Origin: Eledone cirrhosa
Taxonomy: Eukaryota
Length of the DNA stretch: 64,000 nt
Direction of reading: 5' to 3'
Assembly: GCA_964016885.1 (NCBI GenBank)
Contig: OZ024741.1
Span: 414,966,001-415,030,000, forward strand
Shown here: one piece after another, positions 39,001 through 53,000 of the stretch
Position numbering within the stretch: position 1 is the first letter of the stretch
Layout: every line of letters starts with the position of its first letter
Notes under the pieces: model-generated
The model's database searches: none
Told to the model about the DNA's origin: nothing
What the model saw: only the letters and a program-made list of their open reading frames with translations
Translations under genes and position numbers: made by a program

Positions 39001-41019
39001 ACCTATTTCTGTTCAAACCAGCCATATCTGCCCAGAATTCCCTCACCTCTTTCTGCTCAAACCAGCTGTATCTGACCAGAATTCTCTCACTTCTTTCTGT
39101 TCAAACCAGCTGTATCTGACCAGAATTCTCTCACCTCTTTCTGTTCAAACCAGCTGTATCTGCCCAGAATTCCCTCACAGCTTTCTGTTCAAACCAGCTG
39201 TATCTGCCCAGAATTCCCTCACCTCTTTCTGTTTAAACCTTCTGTATATGCCCAGAATTTTCTCACCTTTTTCTCTTCAAAGCAGCTGTATCTGCCCAGA
39301 ATTCCCTCACTTCTTTCTGTTCAAACCAGCTGTATCTGCCCAGAATTCCTTACCTCTTTCTGTTCAAACCAGCTGTATCTGGCCAGAATTCCCTCACCTC
39401 TTTCTGTTCAAATCATCTGTATCTGTCCAGAATTCTCTCACTTCTTTCTGTTCAAACCAGCCATATCTGCCCAGAATTCCCTCACCTCTTTCTGTTCAAA
39501 CCAGCTGTATCTGACCAGAATTCTCTCACTTCATTCTGTTCAACCCAGCTGTATCTGACCAGAATTCTCTCACCTCTTTCTGTTCAAACCAGCTGTATCT
39601 GCCCAGAATCCCCTCACTTCTTTCTGTTCAAACCAGCTGTATCTGCCCAGAAATCCCTCACCTCTTTCTGTTTAAACCAGCTGTATCTGGCCAGAATTCC
39701 CTCACTTCTTTCTGTTTAAACCTTCTGTATATGCCCAGAATTTTCTCACCTCTTTCTGTTCAAACCAGCTGTATCTGCCCAGAATTCCCTCACTTCTTTC
39801 TGTTCAAACCAGCTGTATCTGCCCAGAATTCCCTCACCTCTTTCTGTTCAAACCAGCTGTATCTGACCAGAATTCTCTCACTTCATTCTGTTCAACCCAG
39901 CTGTATCTGACCAGAATTCTCTCACCTCTTTCTGTTCAAACCAGCTGTATCTGCCCAGAATTCCCTCACTTCTTTCTGTTCAAACCAGCTCTATCAGACC
40001 AGAATTCCCTCACCTCTTTCTGTTCAAACCAGCTGTATCTGGCCAGAATTCCCTCACCTCTTTCTGTTTAAACCAGCTGTATCTGGCCAGAATTCTCTCA
40101 CTTGTTTCTGTTCAAACCAGCTGTATCTGGTCAGAATTCTCTCACTTATTTCCGTTTAAACCAGCTGTGTCTGGCCAGATTTCTCTCACTTCTTTTTATT
40201 CAAACCAGCTGTATCTGCCCAGAATTCCCTCACCTCTTTCTGTTCAAACCAGCTGTATCTGCCCAGAATTCTCTCACCTATTTCTGTTCAAACCAGCCAT
40301 ATCTGCCCAGAATTCCCTCACCTCTTTCTGTTCAAACCAGCTGTATCTGACCAGAATTCTCTCACCTATTTCTGTTCAAACCAGCCATATCTGCCCAGAA
40401 TTCCCTCACCTCTTTCTGTTCAAACCAGCTGTATCTGACCAGAATTCTCTCACTTCTTTCTGTTCAAACCAGCTGTATCTGCCCAGAATTCTCTCACCTC
40501 TTTCTGTTCAAACCAGCTGTATCTGACCAGAATTCTCTCACTTCTTTCTGTTCAAACCAGCTGTATCTGACCAGAATTCTCTCACCTCTTTCTGTTCAAA
40601 CCAGCTGTATCTGCCCAGAATTCCCTCACCTCTTTCTGTTTAAACCTTCTGTATATGCCCAGAATTTTCTCAGCTTTTTCTCTTCAAAGCAGCTGTATCT
40701 GCCCAGAATTCCCTCACTTCTTTCTGTTCAAACCAGCTCTATCAGACCAGCATTCCCTCACATCTTTCTGTTCAAACCAGCTGTATCTGGCCAGAATTCC
40801 CTCACCTCTTTCTGTTTAAACCAGCTGTATCTGGTCAGAATTCTCTCACTTCTTTCTGTTCAAACCAGCTGTATCTGGTCAGAATTCTCTCACTTATTTC
40901 CGTTTAAACCAGCTGTATCTGGCCAGATTTCTCTCACTTCTTTTTATTCAAACCAGCTGTATCTGCCCAGAATTCCCTCACCTCTTTCTGTTCAAACCAG
41001 CTGTATCTGCCCAGAATTC

Positions 41020-44000
41020 TCTCACCTATTTCTGTTCAAACCAGCCATATCTGCCCAGAATTCCCTCACCTCTTTCTGTTCAAACCAGCTGTATCTGACC
41101 AGAATTCTCTCACCTATTTCTGTTCAAACCAGCCATATCTGCCCAGAATTCCCTCACCTCTTTCTGTTCAAACCAGCTGTATCTGACCAGAATTCTCTCA
41201 CTTCTTTCTGTTCAAACCAGCTGTATCTGCCCAGAATTCTCTCACCTCTTTCTGTTCATACCAGCTGTATCTGACCAGAATTCTCTCACTTCTTTCTGTT
41301 CAAACCAGCTGTATCTGACCAGAATTCTCTCACCTCTTTCTGTTCAAACCAGCTGTATCTGCCCAGAATTCCCTCACCTCTTTCTGTTTAAACCTTCTGT
41401 ATATGCCCAGAATTTTCTCACCTTTTTCTCTTCAAAGCAGCTGTATCTGCCCAGAATTCCCTCACTTCTTTCTGTTCAAACCAGCTGTATCTGCCCAGAA
41501 TTCCTTACCTCTTTCTTTTCAAACCAGCTGTATCTGGCCAGAATTCCCTCACCTCTTTCTGTTCAAATCATCTGTATCTGCCCAGAATTCTCTCACTTCT
41601 TTCTGTTCAAACCAGCCATATCTGCCCAGAATTCCCTCACCTCTTTCTGTTCAAACCAGCTGTATCTGACCAGAATTCTCTCACTTCATTCTGTTCAACC
41701 CAGCTGTATCTGACCAGAATTCTCTCACCTCTTTCTGTTCAAACCAGCTGTATCTGCCCAGAATTCCCTCACTTCTTTCTGTTCAAACCAGCTGTATCTG
41801 CCCAGAAATCCCTCACCTCTTTCTGTTTAAACCAGCTGTATCTGGCCAGAATTCCCTCACTTCTTTCTGTTTAAACCTTCTGTATATGCCCAGAATTTTC
41901 TCACCTCTTTCTGTTCAAACCAGCTGTATCTGCCCAGAATTCCCTCACTTCTTTCTGTTCAAACCAGCTGTATCTGACCAGAATTCTCTCACTTCTTTCT
42001 GTTCAAACCAGCTGTATCTGTCCAGAATTCTCTCACCGCTTTCTGTTCAAACCAGCTGTATCTGCCCAGAATTCCCTCACCTCTTTCTGTTTAAACCTTC
42101 TGTATATGCCCAGAATGTTCTCACCTCTTTCTGTTCAAAGCAGCTGTATCTGCCCAGAATTCCCTCACTTCTTTCTGTTCAAACCAGCTGTATCTGCCCA
42201 GAAATCCCTCACCTCTTTCTGTTCAAACCAGCTGTATCTGACCAGAATTCTCTCACCTCTTTCTGTTCAAACCAGCTGTATCTGCCCAGAATTCCCTCAC
42301 TTCTTTCTGTTCAAACCAGCTGTATCTGCCCAGAAATCCCTCACCTCTTTCTGTTCAAACCAGCTGTATCTGACCAGAATTCTCTCACCTATTTCTGTTC
42401 AAACCAGCCATATCTGCCCAGAATTCCCTCACCTCTTTCTGTTCAAACCAGCTGTATCTGACCAGAATTCTCTCACTTCTTTCTGTTCAAACCAGCTGTA
42501 TCTGTCCAGAATTCTCTCACCGCTTTCTGTTCAAACCAGCTGTATCTGCCCAGAATTCCCTCACCTCTTTCTGTTTAAACCTTCTGTATATGCCCAGAAT
42601 GTTCTCACCTCTTTCTGTTCAAAGCAGCTGTATCTGCCCAGAATTCCCTCACTTCTTTCTGTTCAAACCAGCTGTATCTGCCCAGAAATCCCTCACCTCT
42701 TTCTGTTCAAACCAGCTGTATCTGACCAGAATTCTCTCACCTCTTTCTGTTTAAACCAGCTGTATCTGGCCAGAATTCCCTCACTTCTTTCTGTTTAAAC
42801 CTTCTGTATATGCCCAGAATTTTCTCACCTCTTTCTGTTCAAACCAGCTGTATCTGCCCAGAATTCCCTCACTTCTTTCTGTTCAAACCAGCTGTATCTG
42901 CCCAGAATTCCCTCACCTCTTTCTGTTCAAACCAGCTGTATCTGACCAGAATTCTCTCACCTATTTCTGTTCAAACCAGCCATATCTGCCCAGAATTCCC
43001 TCACCTCTTTCTGTTCAAAGCAGCTGTATCTGCCCAGAATTCCCTCACTTCTTTCTGTTCAAACCAGCTGTATCTGCCCAGAAATCCCTCACCTCTTTCT
43101 GTTCAAACCAGCTGTATCTGACCAGAATTCTCTCACCTCTTTCTGTTCAAACCAGCTGTATCTGCCCAGAATTCCCTCACTTCTTTCTGTTCAAACCAGC
43201 TGTATCTGCCCAGAAATCCCTCACCTCTTTCTGTTCAAACCAGCTGTATCTGACCAGAATTCTCTCACCTATTTCTGTTCAAACCAGCCATATCTGCCCA
43301 GAATTCCCTCACCTCTTTCTGTTCAAACCAGCTGTATCTGACCAGAATTCTCTCACTTCTTTCTGTTCAAACCAGCTGTATCTGTCCAGAATTCTCTCAC
43401 CGCTTTCTGTTCAAACCAGCTGTATCTGCCCAGAATTCCCTCACCTCTTTCTGTTTAAACCTTCTGTATATGCCCAGAATGTTCTCACCTCTTTCTGTTC
43501 AAAGCAGCTGTATCTGCCCAGAATTCCCTCACTTCTTTCTGTTCAAACCAGCTGTATCTGCCCAGAAATCCCTCACCTCTTTCTGTTCAAACCAGCTGTA
43601 TCTGACCAGAATTCTCTCACCTCTTTCTGTTTAAACCAGCTGTATCTGGCCAGAATTCCCTCACTTCTTTCTGTTTAAACCTTCTGTATATGCCCAGAAT
43701 TTTCTCACCTCTTTCTGTTCAAACCAGCTGTATCTGCCCAGAATTCCCTCACTTCTTTCTGTTCAAACCAGCTGTATCTGCCCAGAATTCCCTCACCTCT
43801 TTCTGTTCAAACCAGCTGTATCTGACCAGAATTCTCTCACCTATTTCTGTTCAAACCAGCCATATCTGCCCAGAATTCCCTCACCTCTTTCTGTTCAAAC
43901 CAGCTGTATCTGACCAGAATTCTCTCACTTCTTTCTGTTCAAACCAGCTGTATCTGACCAGAATTCTCTCACCTCTTTCTGTTCAAACCAGCTGTATCTG

Positions 44001-47000
44001 CCCAGAATTCCCTCACAGCTTTCTGTTCAAACCAGCTGTATCTGCCCAGAATTCCCTCACCTCTTTCTGTTTAAACCTTCTGTATATGCCCAGAATTTTC
44101 TCACCTTTTTCTCTTCAAAGCAGCTGTATCTGCCCAGAATTCCCTCAGTTCTTTCTGTTCAAACCAGCTGTATCTGCCCAGAATTCCTTACCTCTTTCTG
44201 TTCAAACCAGCTGTATCTGGCCAGAATTCCCTCACCTCTTTCTGTTCAAATCATCTGTATCTGTCCAGAATTCTCTCACTTCTTTCTGTTCAAACCAGCC
44301 ATATCTGCCCAGAATTCCCTCACCTCTTTCTGTTCAAACCAGCTGTATCTGACCAGAATTCTCTCACTTCATTCTGTTCAACCCAGCTGTATCTGACCAG
44401 AATTCTCTCACCTCTTTCTGTTCAAACCAGCTGTATCTGCCCAGAATCCCCTCACTTCTTTCTGTTCAAACCAGCTGTATCTGCCCAGAAATCCCTCACC
44501 TCTTTCTGTTTAAACCAGCTGTATCTGGCCAGAATTCCCTCACTTCTTTCTGTTTAAACCTTCTGTATATGCCCAGAATTTTCTCACCTCTTTCTGTTCA
44601 AACCAGCTGTATCTGCCCAGAATTCCCTCACTTCTTTCTGTTCAAACCAGCTGTATCTGCCCAGAATTCCCTCACCTCTTTCTGTTCAAACCAGCTGTAT
44701 CTGACCAGAATTCTCTCACTTCATTCTGTTCAACCCAGCTGTATCTGACCAGAATTCTCTCACCTCTTTCTGTTCAAACCAGCTGTATCTGCCCAGAATT
44801 CCCTCACCTCTTTCTGTTCAAACCAGCTGTATCTGACCAGAATTCTCTCACCTATTTCTGTTCAAACCAGCCATATCTGCCCAGAATTCCCTCACCTCTT
44901 TCTGTTCAAACCAGCTGTATCTGACCAGAATTCTCTCACTTCTTTCTGTTCAAACCAGCTGTATCTGTCCAGAATTCTCTCACCGCTTTCTGTTCAAACC
45001 AGCTGTATCTGCCCAGAATTCCCTCACCTCTTTCTGTTTAAACCTTCTGTATATGCCTAGAATGTTCTCACCTCTTTCTGTTCAAAGCAGCTGTATCTGC
45101 CCAGAATTCCCTCACTTCTTTCTGTTCAAACCAGCTGTATCTGCCCAGAAATCCCTCACCTCTTTCTGTTCAAACCAGCTGTATCTGACCAGAATTCTCT
45201 CAACTCTTTCTGTTCAAACCAGCTGTATCTGCCCAGAATTCCCTCACTTCTTTCTGTTCAAACCAGCTGTATCTGCCCAGAAATCCCTCACCTCTTTCTG
45301 TTTAAACCAGCTGTATCTGGCCAGAATTCCCTCACTTCTTTCTGTTTAAACCTTCTGTATATGCCAAGAATTTTCTCACCTCTTTCTGTTCAAACCAGCT
45401 GTATCTGCCCAGAATTCCCTCACTTCTTTCTGTTCAAACCAGCTGTATCTGCCCAGAATTCCCTCACCTCTTTCTGTTCAAACCAGCTGTATCTGACCAG
45501 AATTCTCTCACCTATTTCTGTTCAAACCAGCCATATCTGCCCAGAATTCCCTCACCTCTTTCTGTTCAAACCAGCTGTATCTGACCAGAATTCTCTCACC
45601 TATTTCTGTTCAAACCAGCCATATCTGCCCAGAATTCCCTCACCTCTTTCTGTTCAAACCAGCTGTATCTGACCAGAATTCTCTCACCTATTTCTGTTCA
45701 AACCAGCCATATCTGCCCAGAATTCCCTCACCTCTTTCTGTTCAAACCAGCTGTATCTGACCAGAATTCTCTCACTTCTTTCTGTTCAAACCAGCTGTAT
45801 CTGCCCAGAATTCTCTCACCTCTTTCTGTTCATACCAGCTGTATCTGACCAGAATTCTCTCACTTCTTTCTGTTCAAACCAGCTGTATCTGACCAGAATT
45901 CTCTCACCTCTTTCTGTTCAAACCAGCTGTATCTGCCCAGAATTCCCTCACCTCTTTCTGTTTAAACCTTCTGTATATGCCCAGAATTTTCTCACCTTTT
46001 TCTCTTCAAAGCAGCTGTATCTGCCCAGAATTCCCTCACTTCTTTCTGTTCAAACCAGCTGTATCTGCCCAGAATTCCCTCACCTCTTTCTGTTTAAACC
46101 TTCTGTATATGCCCAGAATTTTCTCACCTTTTTCTCTTCAAAGCAGCTGTATCTGCCCAGAAATCCCTCACCTCTTTCTGTTCAAACCAGCTGTATCTGA
46201 CCAGAATTCTCTCACCTCTTTCTGTTCAAACCAGCTGTATCTGCCCAGAATTCCCTCACTTCTTTCTGTTCAAACCAGCTGTATCTGCCCAGAAATCCCT
46301 CACCTCTTTCTGTTTAAACCAGCTGTATCTGGCCAGAATTCCCTCACTTCTTTCTGTTTAAACCTTCTGTATATGCCCAGAATTTTCTCACCTCTTTCTG
46401 TTCAAACCAGCTGTATCTGCCCAGAATTCCCTCACTTCTTTCTGTTCAAACCAGCTGTATCTGCCCAGAATTCCCTCACCTCTTTCTGTTCAAACCAGCT
46501 GTATCTGACCAGAATTCTCTCACCTATTTCTGTTCAAACCAGCCATATCTGCCCAGAATTCCCTCACCTCTTTCTGTTCAAACCAGCTGTATCTGACCAG
46601 AATTCTCTCACTTCTTTCTGTTCAAACCAGCTGTATCTGACCAGAATTCTCTCACCTTTTTCTGTTCAAACCAGCTGTATCTGCCCAGAATTCCCTCACA
46701 GCTTTCTGTTCAAACCAGCTGTATCTGCCCAGAATTCCCTCACCTCTTTCTGTTTAAACCTTCTGTATATGCCCAGAATTTTCTCACCTTTTTCTCTTCA
46801 AAGCAGCTGTATCTGCCCAGAATTCCCTCACTTCTTTCTGTTCAAACCAGCTGTATCTGCCCAGAATTCCTTACCTCTTTCTGTTCAAACCAGCTGTATC
46901 TGGCCAGAATTCCCTCACCTCTTTCTGTTCAAATCATCTGTATCTGTCCAGAATTCTCTCACTTCTTTCTGTTCAAACCAGCCATATCTGCCCAGAATTC

Positions 47001-50000
47001 CCTCACCTCTTTCTGTTCAAACCAGCTGTATCTGACCAGAATTCTCTCACTTCATTCTGTTCAACCCAGCTGTATCTGACCAGAATTCTCTCACCTCTTT
47101 CTGTTCAAACCAGCTGTATCTGCCCAGAATCCCCTCACTTCTTTCTGTTCAAACCAGCTGTATCTGCCCAGAAATCCCTCACCTCTTTCTGTTTAAACCA
47201 GCTGTATCTGGCCAGAATTCCCTCACTTCTTTCTGTTTAAACCTTCTGTATATGCCCAGAATTTTCTCACCTCTTTCTGTTCAAACCAGCTGTATCTGCC
47301 CAGAATTCCCTCACTTCTTTCTGTTCAAACCAGCTGTATCTGCCCAGAATTCCCTCACCTCTTTCTGTTCAAACCAGCTGTATCTGACCAGAATTCTCTC
47401 ACTTCATTCTGTTCAACCCAGCTGTATCTGACCAGAATTCTCTCACCTCTTTCTGTTCAAACCAGCTGTATCTGCCCAGAATTCCCTCACCTCTTTCTGT
47501 TCAAACCAGCTGTATCTGACCAGAATTCTCTCACCTATTTCTGTTCAAACCAGCCATATCTGCCCAGAATTCCCTCACCTCTTTCTGTTCAAACCAGCTG
47601 TATCTGACCAGAATTCTCTCACTTCTTTCTGTTCAAACCAGCTGTATCTGTCCAGAATTCTCTCACCGCTTTCTGTTCAAACCAGCTGTATCTGCCCAGA
47701 ATTCCCTCACCTCTTTCTGTTTAAACCTTCTGTATATGCCCAGAATGTTCTCACCTCTTTCTGTTCAAAGCAGCTGTATCTGCCCAGAATTCCCTCACTT
47801 CTTTCTGTTCAAACCAGCTGTATCTGCCCAGAAATCCCTCACCTCTTTCTGTTCAAACCAGCTGTATCTGACCAGAATTCTCTCACCTCTTTCTGTTCAA
47901 ACCAGCTGTATCTGCCCAGAATTCCCTCACTTCTTTCTGTTCAAACCAGCTGTATCTGCCCAGAAATCCCTCACCTCTTTCTGTTTAAACCAGCTGTATC
48001 TGGCCAGAATTCCCTCACTTCTTTCTGTTTAAACCTTCTGTATATGCCCAGAATTTTCTCACCTATTTCTGTTCAAACCAGCCATATCTGCCCAGAATTC
48101 CCTCACCTCTTTCTGTTCAAACCAGCTGTATCTGACCAGAATTCTCTCACCTATTTCTGTTCAAACCAGCCATATCTGCCCAGAATTCCCTCACCTCTTT
48201 CTGTTCAAACCAGCTGTATCTGACCAGAATTCTCTCACTTCTTTCTGTTCAAACCAGCTGTATCTGCCCAGAATTCTCTCACCTCTTTCTGTTCATACCA
48301 GCTGTATCTGACCAGAATTCTCTCACTTCTTTCTGTTCAAACCAGCTGTATCTGACCAGAATTCTCTCACCTCTTTCTGTTCAAACCAGCTGTATCTGCC
48401 CAGAATTCCCTCACCTCTTTCTGTTTAAACCTTCTGTATATGCCCAGAATTTTCTCACCTTTTTCTCTTCAAAGCAGCTGTATCTGCCCAGAATTCCCTC
48501 ACTTCTTTCTGTTCAAACCAGCTGTATCTGCCCAGAATTCCTTACCTCTTTCTTTTCAAACCAGCTGTATCTGGCCAGAATTCCCTCACCTCTTTCTGTT
48601 CAAATCATCTGTATCTGCCCAGAATTCTCTCACTTCTTTCTGTTCAAACCAGCCATATCTGCCCAGAATTCCCTCACCTCTTTCTGTTCAAACCAGCTGT
48701 ATCTGACCAGAATTCTCTCACTTCATTCTGTTCAACCCAGCTGTATCTGACCAGAATTCTCTCACCTCTTTCTGTTCAAACCAGCTGTATCTGCCCAGAA
48801 TTCCCTCACTTCTTTCTGTTCAAACCAGCTGTATCTGCCCAGAAATCCCTCACCTCTTTCTGTTTAAACCAGCTGTATCTGGCCAGAATTCCCTCACTTC
48901 TTTCTGTTTAAACCTTCTGTATATGCCCAGAATTTTCTCACCTCTTTCTGTTCAAACCAGCTGTATCTGCCCAGAATTCCCTCACTTCTTTCTGTTCAAA
49001 CCAGCTGTATCTGACCAGAATTCTCTCACTTCTTTCTGTTCAAACCAGCTGTATCTGTCCAGAATTCTCTCACCGCTTTCTGTTCAAACCAGCTGTATCT
49101 GCCCAGAATTCCCTCACCTCTTTCTGTTTAAACCTTCTGTATATGCCCAGAATGTTCTCACCTCTTTCTGTTCAAAGCAGCTGTATCTGCCCAGAATTCC
49201 CTCACTTCTTTCTGTTCAAACCAGCTGTATCTGCCCAGAAATCCCTCACCTCTTTCTGTTCAAACCAGCTGTATCTGACCAGAATTCTCTCACCTCTTTC
49301 TGTTCAAACCAGCTGTATCTGCCCAGAATTCCCTCACTTCTTTCTGTTCAAACCAGCTGTATCTGCCCAGAAATCCCTCACCTCTTTCTGTTCAAACCAG
49401 CTGTATCTGACCAGAATTCTCTCACCTATTTCTGTTCAAACCAGCCATATCTGCCCAGAATTCCCTCACCTCTTTCTGTTCAAACCAGCTGTATCTGACC
49501 AGAATTCTCTCACTTCTTTCTGTTCAAACCAGCTGTATCTGTCCAGAATTCTCTCACCGCTTTCTGTTCAAACCAGCTGTATCTGCCCAGAATTCCCTCA
49601 CCTCTTTCTGTTTAAACCTTCTGTATATGCCCAGAATGTTCTCACCTCTTTCTGTTCAAAGCAGCTGTATCTGCCCAGAATTCCCTCACTTCTTTCTGTT
49701 CAAACCAGCTGTATCTGCCCAGAAATCCCTCACCTCTTTCTGTTCAAACCAGCTGTATCTGACCAGAATTCTCTCACCTCTTTCTGTTTAAACCAGCTGT
49801 ATCTGGCCAGAATTCCCTCACTTCTTTCTGTTTAAACCTTCTGTATATGCCCAGAATTTTCTCACCTCTTTCTGTTCAAACCAGCTGTATCTGCCCAGAA
49901 TTCCCTCACTTCTTTCTGTTCAAACCAGCTGTATCTGCCCAGAATTCCCTCACCTCTTTCTGTTCAAACCAGCTGTATCTGACCAGAATTCTCTCACCTA

Positions 50001-53000
50001 TTTCTGTTCAAACCAGCCATATCTGCCCAGAATTCCCTCACCTCTTTCTGTTCAAAGCAGCTGTATCTGCCCAGAATTCCCTCACTTCTTTCTGTTCAAA
50101 CCAGCTGTATCTGCCCAGAAATCCCTCACCTCTTTCTGTTCAAACCAGCTGTATCTGACCAGAATTCTCTCACCTCTTTCTGTTCAAACCAGCTGTATCT
50201 GCCCAGAATTCCCTCACTTCTTTCTGTTCAAACCAGCTGTATCTGCCCAGAAATCCCTCACCTCTTTCTGTTCAAACCAGCTGTATCTGACCAGAATTCT
50301 CTCACCTATTTCTGTTCAAACCAGCCATATCTGCCCAGAATTCCCTCACCTCTTTCTGTTCAAACCAGCTGTATCTGACCAGAATTCTCTCACTTCTTTC
50401 TGTTCAAACCAGCTGTATCTGTCCAGAATTCTCTCACCGCTTTCTGTTCAAACCAGCTGTATCTGCCCAGAATTCCCTCACCTCTTTCTGTTTAAACCTT
50501 CTGTATATGCCCAGAATGTTCTCACCTCTTTCTGTTCAAAGCAGCTGTATCTGCCCAGAATTCCCTCACTTCTTTCTGTTCAAACCAGCTGTATCTGCCC
50601 AGAAATCCCTCACCTCTTTCTGTTCAAACCAGCTGTATCTGACCAGAATTCTCTCACCTCTTTCTGTTTAAACCAGCTGTATCTGGCCAGAATTCCCTCA
50701 CTTCTTTCTGTTTAAACCTTCTGTATATGCCCAGAATTTTCTCACCTCTTTCTGTTCAAACCAGCTGTATCTGCCCAGAATTCCCTCACTTCTTTCTGTT
50801 CAAACCAGCTGTATCTGCCCAGAATTCCCTCACCTCTTTCTGTTCAAACCAGCTGTATCTGACCAGAATTCTCTCACCTATTTCTGTTCAAACCAGCCAT
50901 ATCTGCCCAGAATTCCCTCACCTCTTTCTGTTCAAACCAGCTGTATCTGACCAGAATTCTCTCACTTCTTTCTGTTCAAACCAGCTGTATCTGACCAGAA
51001 TTCTCTCACCTCTTTCTGTTCAAACCAGCTGTATCTGCCCAGAATTCCCTCACAGCTTTCTGTTCAAACCAGCTGTATCTGCCCAGAATTCCCTCACCTC
51101 TTTCTGTTTAAACCTTCTGTATATGCCCAGAATTTTCTCACCTTTTTCTCTTCAAAGCAGCTGTATCTGCCCAGAATTCCCTCAGTTCTTTCTGTTCAAA
51201 CCAGCTGTATCTGCCCAGAATTCCTTACCTCTTTCTGTTCAAACCAGCTGTATCTGGCCAGAATTCCCTCACCTCTTTCTGTTCAAATCATCTGTATCTG
51301 TCCAGAATTCTCTCACTTCTTTCTGTTCAAACCAGCCATATCTGCCCAGAATTCCCTCACCTCTTTCTGTTCAAACCAGCTGTATCTGACCAGAATTCTC
51401 TCACTTCATTCTGTTCAACCCAGCTGTATCTGACCAGAATTCTCTCACCTCTTTCTGTTCAAACCAGCTGTATCTGCCCAGAATCCCCTCACTTCTTTCT
51501 GTTCAAACCAGCTGTATCTGCCCAGAAATCCCTCACCTCTTTCTGTTTAAACCAGCTGTATCTGGCCAGAATTCCCTCACTTCTTTCTGTTTAAACCTTC
51601 TGTATATGCCCAGAATTTTCTCACCTCTTTCTGTTCAAACCAGCTGTATCTGCCCAGAATTCCCTCACTTCTTTCTGTTCAAACCAGCTGTATCTGCCCA
51701 GAATTCCCTCACCTCTTTCTGTTCAAACCAGCTGTATCTGACCAGAATTCTCTCACTTCATTCTGTTCAACCCAGCTGTATCTGACCAGAATTCTCTCAC
51801 CTCTTTCTGTTCAAACCAGCTGTATCTGCCCAGAATTCCCTCACCTCTTTCTGTTCAAACCAGCTGTATCTGACCAGAATTCTCTCACCTATTTCTGTTC
51901 AAACCAGCCATATCTGCCCAGAATTCCCTCACCTCTTTCTGTTCAAACCAGCTGTATCTGACCAGAATTCTCTCACTTCTTTCTGTTCAAACCAGCTGTA
52001 TCTGTCCAGAATTCTCTCACCGCTTTCTGTTCAAACCAGCTGTATCTGCCCAGAATTCCCTCACCTCTTTCTGTTTAAACCTTCTGTATATGCCTAGAAT
52101 GTTCTCACCTCTTTCTGTTCAAAGCAGCTGTATCTGCCCAGAATTCCCTCACTTCTTTCTGTTCAAACCAGCTGTATCTGCCCAGAAATCCCTCACCTCT
52201 TTCTGTTCAAACCAGCTGTATCTGACCAGAATTCTCTCAACTCTTTCTGTTCAAACCAGCTGTATCTGCCCAGAATTCCCTCACTTCTTTCTGTTCAAAC
52301 CAGCTGTATCTGCCCAGAAATCCCTCACCTCTTTCTGTTTAAACCAGCTGTATCTGGCCAGAATTCCCTCACTTCTTTCTGTTTAAACCTTCTGTATATG
52401 CCAAGAATTTTCTCACCTCTTTCTGTTCAAACCAGCTGTATCTGCCCAGAATTCCCTCACTTCTTTCTGTTCAAACCAGCTGTATCTGCCCAGAATTCCC
52501 TCACCTCTTTCTGTTCAAACCAGCTGTATCTGACCAGAATTCTCTCACCTATTTCTGTTCAAACCAGCCATATCTGCCCAGAATTCCCTCACCTCTTTCT
52601 GTTCAAACCAGCTGTATCTGACCAGAATTCTCTCACCTATTTCTGTTCAAACCAGCCATATCTGCCCAGAATTCCCTCACCTCTTTCTGTTCAAACCAGC
52701 TGTATCTGACCAGAATTCTCTCACCTATTTCTGTTCAAACCAGCCATATCTGCCCAGAATTCCCTCACCTCTTTCTGTTCAAACCAGCTGTATCTGACCA
52801 GAATTCTCTCACTTCTTTCTGTTCAAACCAGCTGTATCTGCCCAGAATTCTCTCACCTCTTTCTGTTCATACCAGCTGTATCTGACCAGAATTCTCTCAC
52901 TTCTTTCTGTTCAAACCAGCTGTATCTGACCAGAATTCTCTCACCTCTTTCTGTTCAAACCAGCTGTATCTGCCCAGAATTCCCTCACCTCTTTCTGTTT

